Notes under the pieces: model-generated | Databases searched by the model: none | The model's input: only the letters and a program-made list of their open reading frames with translations | What the model was told of the DNA's origin: nothing | Program-made: the position numbers and the translations under genes | Assembly: GCF_000017805.1 (NCBI RefSeq) | Contig: NC_009767.1 | Span: 2,702,880-2,734,879 of the forward strand | Length of the DNA stretch: 32,000 bases | DNA from: Roseiflexus castenholzii DSM 13941 | Lineage (GTDB): Bacteria; Chloroflexota; Chloroflexia; Chloroflexales; Roseiflexaceae | Direction of reading: 5' to 3' | Part shown: positions 17,270 through 24,469 of the stretch, piece after piece | Layout: every line of letters begins with the position of its first letter | Position numbering within the stretch: position 1 is the first letter of the stretch

Positions 17270-18511
17270 TCAGGTGCAATCGATTAAATCGGCGCTGCTG
17301 CCTGGCTCCTGTGGTGTGCGATAGACGCCATCTTCAACCTGTGCCGGGTAGCGGAAGCGATCGCGCAGGTGCGGGATATACTCAAGAAAGACGGTCTCGT
17401 GTCCCAGCGCAATCCGGTTGAAGAGTGTCAGGTGCTGATGAATTTGTCCCATATCCCCGACGTGTGGCGCTACCGGCAGGTTGAAGCGCCTGGCGAGCAG
17501 ACTCACCGTGATGAACTCGCTAACCCCGCCGACGCGCGTGCAGTCTGCTTGAATGAAATGAGCAGCATTGGCCTGCATATAGTTTTTGAAGACCACTCGA
17601 TTGGGAAGGTGTTCGCCGACTGCCAGCCGAAGCGGCGCAATTGATCGCGCAAGCGTTTGGTGTCCGATCACATCATCGGGATGGGTCGGCTCCTCGATCC
17701 AGTATGGTTGCATCGATGCAAGTTCCTGACAGGCGTGCAGCGCCATCGGCAACGTCCATTGCTGGTTGGCGTCCAGCATGATGCGCACGTCGCGTCCTAC
17801 CGTCTCGCGGACCAGTAGCGCCCGACGAATATCATGGGCTGGGTCGGGTGAGCCGACCTTCAGTTTCATAGCCGAAAAACCGGCATCCGCAGCACGCCGC
17901 GCATTTTCGATCAGTTGCCGATCATCGTAATGAAACCAGCCGACCGAGGTGTCATAGCCGGGATATCCCTGCGTCAGAATTGCTGCGCGTTCGTTGCGGT
18001 GAGTCATTTCACGATACAGCATATTGATCGCCTCAGACGGGGTGAGGACATCTTCCAGGTAACTCAGGTCAAGAAGCGCCATGATCGCTTCTGGCGTCAA
18101 ATCGAGCAACAGTTTCCAGAGCGGCACGCCGCGCGCTTTAGCCCATAAATCAAAACAGGCATTCGTCAGCGAGGCAAGCGCCAGATGCACAACGCCTTTA
18201 TGGGGACCAAGCCAGCGCATCTGTGGATGATCGGCGATCTGACGAGTGAGACGACCGAAATCGGCCATCAACTCTTCGATCTCGCGTCCCTCCAGCGGCT
18301 GCGCCAGCATGCGGATAGCATCGCAGACCAGTTCGGTGCCGGCGCCAAGCGTGAAGGCCAGCCCCGTGCCGCGCAGGGATGTATTTGTGGCGAGCAGCGT
18401 GACTGCGTAGGCGTACTGCGGGTTGGTATGGATGGCGTCCACTCCCTCGCCCGGCTTTAAGGGAAAGCGAACATCACGGGCATGGACTGCGGTAATGACC
18501 GTTGATCTCAC
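17270..18511 (-). CDS. fucD: enolase-superfamily acid-sugar dehydratase, L-fuconate dehydratase-like
   Basis: Mandelate-racemase-subgroup residues are present: MKLKVG (KxK), MLDANQQW, WIEEP, AVGEH, VAPHVG. The N-terminus xRSTVITAVHARDVRFP ... NPQYAYAVTLL closely resembles the characterised FucD N-terminus as I recall it. Start is re-set to the GTG at 18511, preceded by AGGAGA. The listed start at 18532 is a TTG. Confidence 0.75.
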   Translation of the reverse strand: MRSTVITAVHARDVRFPLKPGEGVDAIHTNPQYAYAVTLLATNTSLRGTGLAFTLGAGTELVCDAIRMLAQPLEGREIEELMADFGRLTRQIADHPQMRWLGPHKGVVHLALASLTNACFDLWAKARGVPLWKLLLDLTPEAIMALLDLSYLEDVLTPSEAINMLYREMTHRNERAAILTQGYPGYDTSVGWFHYDDRQLIENARRAADAGFSAMKLKVGSPDPAHDIRRALLVRETVGRDVRIMLDANQQWTLPMALHACQELASMQPYWIEEPTHPDDVIGHQTLARSIAPLRLAVGEHLPNRVVFKNYMQANAAHFIQADCTRVGGVSEFITVSLLARRFNLPVAPHVGDMGQIHQHLTLFNRIALGHETVFLEYIPHLRDRFRYPAQVEDGVYRTPQEPGSSADLIDCT

Positions 18512-18535
18512 TGTGTCTCCTGAAGGGTTCAATCG

Positions 18536-19318
18536 TTATCCGGCGGCAATGCGCCGATACCCTAGCTCCGCACCACCGCTTACCGGCAGTGCGACTCCTG
18601 TAATAAAGCGGGCGCGTTCCGACAACAGAAACACCGCAGCATCCGCGACCACATCACCGTCCGGGCAGTATCCCAACACATGGATGCCATCAAGGAATTG
18701 TCTGGCAGCGGCAGGATCGGGCTGATCCTGCACCCACTCATGCAGCAACGGTGTCCAGACCGCTGCAGGACAGATCGCGTTCACGCGGATGCCATAGGAT
18801 GCGTAATCGAGCGCCATGGCTTTGGTCAACGCAATCATGGCCCCTTTCGTCGCCACGTATGCCGCGTGGCGTTCCTGACCCAGCACGCCGACCATGCTCG
18901 CAGTGTTCAGAATGCAGCCGCGGCTTGCTTTGAGCGCATCTATACCGTAAAACGTCGTATAGTAGACGCTCTTCAGGTTCGTTGCCATCAGCGCATCCCA
19001 TTGCTCTTCGCTGGTTTCGTGCAGCGGCGCTGATGGCCTGGAAATGGCAGCATTGTTGTGGATAGCGTCAATTTTGCCGTAGTGCGCCAGTGTTTGTTCG
19101 ATTGCTGCGCGAACAGACTCGGACGATGCCACGTCACACTGGATGGCCAGTCCGTTGCCTTGCAAATCACGCTCCAGCGTCGCTTTCGCCAGGTCCAGGT
19201 TGATGTCGGCAATCACAACGCTGCCGCCAGCACGGGCGTAGGCAATGGCGCACGCCCGTCCGATCCCCTGAGCGCCGCCAGTCAAAAAGATAACCTTCTC
19301 TGCAAGTTCACCCATCAT
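18536..19318 (-). CDS. SDR-family oxidoreductase (candidate 2-keto-3-deoxy-sugar-acid or sugar dehydrogenase)
   Basis: It has TGGAQGIGRA, NNAA and the catalytic YVATKGAM. The ATG at 19318 (or 19315) overlaps the stop of the upstream gene (19308-19310), suggesting translational coupling. The substrate assignment is inference from operon context. Confidence 0.85.
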   Translation of the reverse strand: MMGELAEKVIFLTGGAQGIGRACAIAYARAGGSVVIADINLDLAKATLERDLQGNGLAIQCDVASSESVRAAIEQTLAHYGKIDAIHNNAAISRPSAPLHETSEEQWDALMATNLKSVYYTTFYGIDALKASRGCILNTASMVGVLGQERHAAYVATKGAMIALTKAMALDYASYGIRVNAICPAAVWTPLLHEWVQDQPDPAAARQFLDGIHVLGYCPDGDVVADAAVFLLSERARFITGVALPVSGGAELGYRRIAAG

Positions 19319-20456
19319 TGCCTGCCACAATTCTGGTAATCCGGTCTGTCAACCGATGCAAGGCCTCGTCAATTGCTATGGCGCCGACCATCGCCTGCTG
19401 GACAGTTGTCCAGAGCGCCTGCTCAACCAGCGGATACCGCTCAAATTTGGGGGGAATGACCACCCGTTCAATAGCGGCGGCGAGGGTCGCCCAACGCTGG
19501 CGCTCGTGTGGTGTGGCATGCTGCTCGATCCGCTGCATAACGGAATGGCGCACCGGCGTCGAACCCTGTTTCGCCTCCAGCAATTGCTGCTCGGGCGCGG
19601 TGAGGAAGCGCAGTAGCGCGACAGCATCGGTCTGCTCCACCCCGCGGTGGGTCAGAGCAAAAGTATGGCTGCCGCCATACACACGCACCCCCCCGGACGG
19701 TCCGGCAGGATAGAGTGCAAGCGCAAAGCGTTCACGCACTTGCGAGTCGGTGGCGCAATAATCGGCATAATAGCCGGGCCAATCTCCTACCATCGCGGCA
19801 CGTCCAGCGCGGAACCAGAGATGCACCTCATCATAGTGCCAGGTGACAATCTCCGGCGGAACCAGTCCTTCCGCATAACAGGTGCGCAAAAACCCTAGCG
19901 CCCAGCGTCCGCCGTCATTCTCGATATTCGGTGTCAGATCAGGGGAAAACAGCCTGGCATTCGCGCTCTCGACCAGTTCGTAGAACGTGCCAAAGAGTCC
20001 TGACTCTGTGCCGGGAAAGAGAAAGCCATACCATTCAGGCGGATGGTTGACCCTGCGCGCCAGGTCAAGCAGCTCGTCCCACGTGGTGGGCGGTTGGTCA
20101 ATCAGATCGGTGCGATAGTGCAGCAGGCGCACATCGATGTTGCGAGGAATGCCGTAGAGCCGACCATCAATGCGCGCCAATTCGAGGAGTGAAGGCATAA
20201 AGTCGCTCCACTCAGCAGGCGTCAAAAGTTCGTCGAGGGGCGCCAGGAGACGTTGCTGCGATGGGGCGTACTTGGTGTGAGTTGATACCACATGACAGTC
20301 TGCCGCAGCATCTGTCGCCAGGAACGTGTTAAGGGCGGGATGATCGCCGACAAAAGCGACTTCCACCTGAACGCCGCTCTGCTGACTGAACTGATCCAGG
20401 CGAGTATAGAGTGCGTTGTACATTGGTCCGCCAATGAGCGCAACGCGAACGGTCAT
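19308..20456 (-). CDS. solute-binding-protein-fold (family 1-like) protein lacking signal peptide or lipobox
   Basis: It begins directly MTVRVALIGGPMYNALY with no hydrophobic leader. The rest looks like an extracellular SBP family 1 protein (WYGFLFPG, GDWPGYY). Its start overlaps the GntR stop (ATGA, 20453-20456). Confidence 0.6.
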   Translation of the reverse strand: MTVRVALIGGPMYNALYTRLDQFSQQSGVQVEVAFVGDHPALNTFLATDAAADCHVVSTHTKYAPSQQRLLAPLDELLTPAEWSDFMPSLLELARIDGRLYGIPRNIDVRLLHYRTDLIDQPPTTWDELLDLARRVNHPPEWYGFLFPGTESGLFGTFYELVESANARLFSPDLTPNIENDGGRWALGFLRTCYAEGLVPPEIVTWHYDEVHLWFRAGRAAMVGDWPGYYADYCATDSQVRERFALALYPAGPSGGVRVYGGSHTFALTHRGVEQTDAVALLRFLTAPEQQLLEAKQGSTPVRHSVMQRIEQHATPHERQRWATLAAAIERVVIPPKFERYPLVEQALWTTVQQAMVGAIAIDEALHRLTDRITRIVAGNDG

Positions 20457-21175
20457 TGTTCACCTCGTATATTCGCGGAACGCAATGGGTTCGATGACGA
20501 TGCAGAGTTCTCGATCAACCGAAAGATGCGCTCTTCTGTGGCGTGCAGGTGGCGCTCAACAGCGGCGGCAGCGCGGTCGGGCTGCCGGGAGCGCAGCGCC
20601 TGAACGATCGCTGCGTGCTCCTTGCACGTTTGCGTCTGCTCGATTGTGCCAAAGACGCGGTAAAAGCGCCCTAATTCGACATGCACATTGAGCGATCGAT
20701 ACGCATTGAAGAGAAACTCATTGCCGGCAGCGCTGACGATCGTCTCATGAAACTGTTGGTCAAGCTGATTAAACTGACGGTACCCCTGTGACCAGGAACG
20801 AACCTCGATGTGGGCGCTTTCATCAAGAATGCGCTGGAGCAACCGTTCCACTGCGATGAGATCCGCCACCAGCATAGAGGTTGCCGCCAGACGGGCGGCG
20901 TCAATCTCAATCAAGCGACGTGCATGCATCAACTGGGCAATCTGTGTTTTGGTCAGCAGCGCACTAACCCGATACCCCTTGAATGCCTCGAAAGTGACCA
21001 GGCGCTCTGCTGCAAGCCGCGCCAGCGCCTCACGCACCGGTGTCGGACTGACGCTAAGCTCAAGGGCTAATGCATCGATATTTAGCCGTTCGCACGGTGC
21101 ATAAACCTGCTCCATAATGCGGGCTTTGAGGGATTCGTAGACCGTGTCGGCCAGGACAGTTTTGTGATCGGTCAT
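20453..21175 (-). CDS. GntR-family transcriptional regulator, FadR/FCD subfamily
   Basis: It has an N-terminal winged HTH (LALELSVSPTPVREALARLAAERLV) and an all-helical FCD-type C-terminal domain with His residues. It is the first gene of the minus-strand operon. Confidence 0.9.
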   Translation of the reverse strand: MTDHKTVLADTVYESLKARIMEQVYAPCERLNIDALALELSVSPTPVREALARLAAERLVTFEAFKGYRVSALLTKTQIAQLMHARRLIEIDAARLAATSMLVADLIAVERLLQRILDESAHIEVRSWSQGYRQFNQLDQQFHETIVSAAGNEFLFNAYRSLNVHVELGRFYRVFGTIEQTQTCKEHAAIVQALRSRQPDRAAAAVERHLHATEERIFRLIENSASSSNPLRSANIRGEQ

Positions 21176-21194
21176 TGCGTGCGGAGACGATGAT

Positions 21195-21238
21195 AAATCC
21201 TATATGATTAGGGTAACATGCTATAGGATTTTTGTCAA
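21195..21238 (-). promoter_or_regulatory. predicted GntR-operon promoter (TTGACA-17-TACCCT on minus strand) overlapped by a perfect 10-bp inverted repeat (candidate operator)
   Basis: The arms are AAATCCTATA (21195-21204) and TATAGGATTT (21222-21231), with a 17-bp spacer. On the minus strand the -35 box TTGACA is at 21238-21233 and the -10 box TACCCT is at 21215-21210, so the repeat brackets the spacer, the -10 box and the start-site region. Confidence 0.4.
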
Positions 21239-21593
21239 GCGCCGCAAAAATGCGGGTAGGGCTTCTTAGAAGTCTTATCATTGAGATGCGCAATCAGGTA
21301 AAAGCCAATGAAGGCTGAGCAGAAATTGCGCGCCGGGCGTCGGGGATGGAAGGGGAGGGATACTGCCGCAATACTCAGGCCTGCTCCAGCGCTCCCCCGT
21401 GCCATCGACTCAAGGCATGCCAAACGGTGGTCAGTACCGGAATTCGTTCAGCCACTCGCAATCTCAATTGTGGATATGGGAGTGGTGTCTTGTCTCGTTC
21501 ACGCGCCCATTACCACTTCCCTCGCAAGGAACGCTCTCCGTGCATGGCTGCCAAAAGCAACATCGCCCATCGCTCATAGAGGGTCTATAGACA

Positions 21594-21695
21594 TCCTTGC
21601 CTCCCACGTGGATTCGGGCGTCGTTGTGACGCGGGTGTCATCCGCGAGGTCGCTAATGGGGCGATGTCTGTCCTTGCCTCCCACGTGGATACGGG
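21594..21695. repeat. 25-bp direct repeat TCCTTGCCTCCCACGTGGAT(T/A)CGGG, two copies 77 bp apart
   Basis: The copies lie at 21594-21618 and 21671-21695 with 24 of 25 positions identical. Each contains the palindrome CACGTG. They sit in a non-coding region. Confidence 0.6.
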
Positions 21696-21819
21696 ATAGC
21701 CTGGAACGCCTGTAAAACGCTTTGTGGCTGCATCTCCATTACCTTCGCAACAATGATGATGGCTTAATTTGACCCAAAAATTAATTCTTTTAAAAGCTCT
21801 ACCGCTCTTACATAAGGTA

Positions 21820-21848
21820 TTGTCTACCGCTATTTGTTATGATATAAT
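21820..21848 (+). promoter_or_regulatory. extended -10 sigma-70-like promoter, TTGTCT-17-(TGA)TATAAT
   Basis: TTGTCT lies at 21820-21825, followed by a 17-nt spacer ending in TGA and a perfect TATAAT at 21843-21848. It is embedded in the most AT-rich stretch of the window and lies about 310 nt upstream of the SARP-like gene. Confidence 0.45.
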
Positions 21849-22163
21849 CTCAAAAGCGGGCGTATCACTCCATTTTTACTACTGGACCCGTTTCGGTGTA
21901 CGTAGCGCACTGCTTACGTTCCCTCACGCAAGCAGACTGGCACAAGGCAGGTACAGCAGTACATTCTTTGTGCAATTCGTCGCTGATGAACGCTGACCTC
22001 GAATCGTATCATTGCAAGGCGCGCCGGCGCCGCAGCACCTTCCCGCACGTGAGAAGAGGGCTTCGCTGGCGCTTGCGATGATACCGAAGGCGGCGTCTTG
22101 CTGTTCGACGAGCGTATTCCCACGATATGACCGGGATCGAGACAGGTTACGCATCATCTGCTC

Positions 22164-23165
22164 ATGAGACACGACTTGCTTGATCTGTGCCTGCCGCTTT
22201 TGCTCTACGCTGATGAGATGGTTCAGCGTCAGGCGACGCTGATCCTGATGACGACCTTTGGCACCCACGCCTTTACTCTGTTACGTCGTCGTCTTGGCGC
22301 GAGCGACCCGGATGCGTGCCGCGAAGCAACAGAAGCGCTCCGCGTGCTGGAGCGTCATAGCGGGCACCCCGCAGCGTATCGCCCTTTTCGCGGGATTCAC
22401 ATCGAATGTTTGGGCACATTCCATGTCTATGTCGGCAACCAGGAGATTCTGCCGCATCATTGGGCGCAAGCAAACGGGAGTCGCGCCGGTAGTCGCAAAG
22501 TCCAGGCTGTTCTGGCATATCTGGTGCATCGTGGGCGCCACGGCGCCACGTCGGAAGAAATACTGGCAGCCGTGTGGGACTCAACCGGCAGCGCTGGCGC
22601 TCTGGCACGCACCATTACTGCGCTGCGCCGCACGATTGAACAATTTGGCGGTTCAGAACTGGCAGAGCGCGCGCTGGTGTATGCAGACGGGCGCTACATC
22701 CTGAAACCCACGGCGTATACGAGTGATGTCCAGGCATTTGAACAGGCAATCCATGTCGCCGAACAAACGGAAAGTGAGCGCGATCTTGCGACGGCGGCGC
22801 CGATTTATCGTCACGCATGCGCCCTCTACAACGGTAACTATATGGCAATGATCAAGATGGCTGCCGATGACATCGAGGAACGACGGGTCGAGTTACTCAA
22901 TGCGTTCCTTAATGCGATCGAACGTCAGGCAGAACACGAGTATCAGAATGGCAATGATGACCGGTGTCTCGCGCTCTGTCGTCAGGGTCTTCGGTTTGAT
23001 CCTTCCGATAGCGCAATCACGCTCTGGAAACTGCGTTGCCTGGCGCGCCAGAGACGGATCAATGAGGTGAAACGCGAGTACTGGCGCTATCTGCGCTCCC
23101 TTGGCGTTCCACCCGATGCTGAAGACCCGGTCGTGCTTTGGATGAACGCACATTCCTCTCGGTGA
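22164..23165 (+). CDS. SARP/AfsR-DnrI-like transcriptional regulator (OmpR-type winged helix + BTAD domain) with short helical N-terminal extension
   Basis: The segment IHIECLGTFHVYVGNQEI ... RKVQAVLAYLVHRGRHGATSEEILAAVW ... LRRTIE is the wHTH. The segment DVQAFEQAI ... ALYNGNYMA ... RCLALCRQGLRFDPSDSAITLWKLRCLARQRRINEVKREYWRYLRSL is a BTAD/TPR-like helical domain. Confidence 0.75.
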   Translation: MRHDLLDLCLPLLLYADEMVQRQATLILMTTFGTHAFTLLRRRLGASDPDACREATEALRVLERHSGHPAAYRPFRGIHIECLGTFHVYVGNQEILPHHWAQANGSRAGSRKVQAVLAYLVHRGRHGATSEEILAAVWDSTGSAGALARTITALRRTIEQFGGSELAERALVYADGRYILKPTAYTSDVQAFEQAIHVAEQTESERDLATAAPIYRHACALYNGNYMAMIKMAADDIEERRVELLNAFLNAIERQAEHEYQNGNDDRCLALCRQGLRFDPSDSAITLWKLRCLARQRRINEVKREYWRYLRSLGVPPDAEDPVVLWMNAHSSR

Positions 23166-23222
23166 CCGGTGTATCAATGGTGTTGTCGCGCTGCCGATCC
23201 GACATAACTTATGACAAATTAA

Positions 23223-23254
23223 CCGAAAACGATCCGAAAATCGGCGTATATAGT
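23223..23254 (+). promoter_or_regulatory. two CCGAAAA heptamers at 11-bp phasing, 8 bp upstream of a TATAGT -10-like box (candidate SARP-dependent promoter of the secretion cluster)
   Basis: CCGAAAA occurs at 23223-23229 and 23234-23240, and TATAGT at 23249-23254. No -35 consensus is present. This is about 130 nt upstream of the first cluster gene (23383). Confidence 0.35.
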
Positions 23255-23382
23255 TGTATCGGTCTGGCGGCGCATGCCAGTGCGGTGACGAGTGTATCGC
23301 GCCCTGCGGCAATATGCGCAGCGTTCTTTGATAGATACGTTTTATTCTGACGTTCGACTCTCTATTTGAAGAGACCTGCATC

Positions 23383-24084
23383 ATGGAATATGAATTTGAA
23401 GTGTGCTGGGGACCATCTCAGTGCAAAACGGTCGTTCGCGCACCATATCAAACGATTAGTGAAGTTATCGAAACCTTAGTCGTCCAACTGAACCTGCCAC
23501 GTTATGATGCGCGAGAGCAACGTATTGAGTATGGTCTGTATCGGGACCGTGAGGAGAAACGGGAACGCATTCAAGACACGCAAACGCTGGCGCAGGCGCG
23601 GATTCGTGCTGGCCGTGTCTACATTGCTAATGTTACAGCGCCCTGGTGGCAGACCAAGGCGACCGAGACGCCGCCGCAGAAATCTGGCACCGATCGGTTG
23701 CCCCGCCGTAAATTGCCGGTTACGCCGTCGCGATCATACGTCTGTCGGCTTCAACTGGCGCCGAACTGTGTTGTCGTCGTGCAGGGAGATTACCTGGAAC
23801 TGAACCGCAACTATCTGTCGGAAAAACTTCCGTCAGCGATGGTTCTTGCGGAGAAAGCGCGTGTCTTCAGTGGGTACAACTCGCGCTTGATGCATGTCAG
23901 TCGTACCCGCCATTGTGATCTTTTTCGACAGCACGAACAGTGGTACATTCGCGCTCACAAGCCAACCTATGTCAATGGTCAGGTGCTCAATCATGGACAG
24001 ACGTCTGTTATTCAGCCGCCAGGAACGACGATTGTTCTCGGGCAAGGCGGGTGGAGCGTCACCGTTGAACTGATTGAGCAGTAG
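23383..24084 (+). CDS. hypothetical protein: N-terminal ubiquitin-like (YukD/EsaB-like) beta-grasp candidate + C-terminal degenerate FHA-like domain
   Basis: The N-terminal ~90 aa (EFEVCWGPSQCKTVVRAPYQTISEVIETLVVQLNLP ... TLAQARIRAGRVYI) has the alternating pattern of small beta-grasp proteins. A basic/Pro linker follows. The C-terminal part, HVSRTRHCDLFRQHEQWYIRA..TYVNGQVL....IQPPGTTIVLG, follows the FHA consensus (SxxH, NG, final hxhG) with one extra residue in the SxxH motif. Confidence 0.55.
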   Translation: MEYEFEVCWGPSQCKTVVRAPYQTISEVIETLVVQLNLPRYDAREQRIEYGLYRDREEKRERIQDTQTLAQARIRAGRVYIANVTAPWWQTKATETPPQKSGTDRLPRRKLPVTPSRSYVCRLQLAPNCVVVVQGDYLELNRNYLSEKLPSAMVLAEKARVFSGYNSRLMHVSRTRHCDLFRQHEQWYIRAHKPTYVNGQVLNHGQTSVIQPPGTTIVLGQGGWSVTVELIEQ

Positions 24085-24154
24085 CGGCTCTCCCGGTCGC
24101 ATAGCGCCGTGATAGCACATATTGTCATCGCATTACAGAGGAGGTTTCATCACG

Positions 24155-24436
24155 ATGGCGCCGATCAGTCTTGATCCAGAACAGGCACGCTCGACTGCAT
24201 CCACCTTTGATGGATGTAAGGGAACAATTGAGGGTGAATTGAGCCGCATGATGGGTTCGGTGAACGAAGTGCTGGCGACCTGGTCGGGGCAGAGTCGTCA
24301 GCAGTTTGAGGCAGAGTGGGATCAGTGGACGAATCGCCTGCGCAATATGATGGAAGAGTTGCAGGGTCTGGCAAACGGGTTGCGCCGCGAGGCTGACGAG
24401 TTCGAGTCGGTGGACCGGTCGTTTGTAAGCGCTTAA
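24155..24436 (+). CDS. WXG100 family (ESAT-6/EsxA-like) protein, 93 aa
   Basis: Start is set at the ATG at 24155 (MAPISLDPEQ), after GGAGG. It is about 100 aa and predicted all-helical, with a central W-S-G turn (LATWSGQSRQQFEAEW) and the C-terminal tail ADEFESVDRSFVSA. It lies immediately upstream of the FtsK/SpoIIIE ATPase. Confidence 0.85.
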   Translation: MAPISLDPEQARSTASTFDGCKGTIEGELSRMMGSVNEVLATWSGQSRQQFEAEWDQWTNRLRNMMEELQGLANGLRREADEFESVDRSFVSA

Positions 24437-24469
24437 GCGCTCCTTCAAAGGCGCGGAGGTACTACATCC

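Noticed and set aside
21594-21695. Degenerate mini-CRISPR (two repeats, one spacer)
   Set aside because: There are only two copies. The 25-bp repeat with a 52-bp spacer does not fit usual CRISPR geometry, and there is no leader or cas context.
21308-21715. 135-aa ORF in the large non-coding gap
   Set aside because: It has no SD. The composition (Arg/Ser/Ala-rich, irregular) is unlike neighbouring genes, it contains the 25-bp direct repeats, and I see no motif. It is kept only as a remote possibility under the non-coding-gap finding.
23290-23375. Possible tRNA because of a GTTCGACTC T-loop-like string near 23352
   Set aside because: No acceptor stem, D-arm or anticodon arm can be drawn around it. 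It is most likely a chance match within the 5' leader of the cluster.
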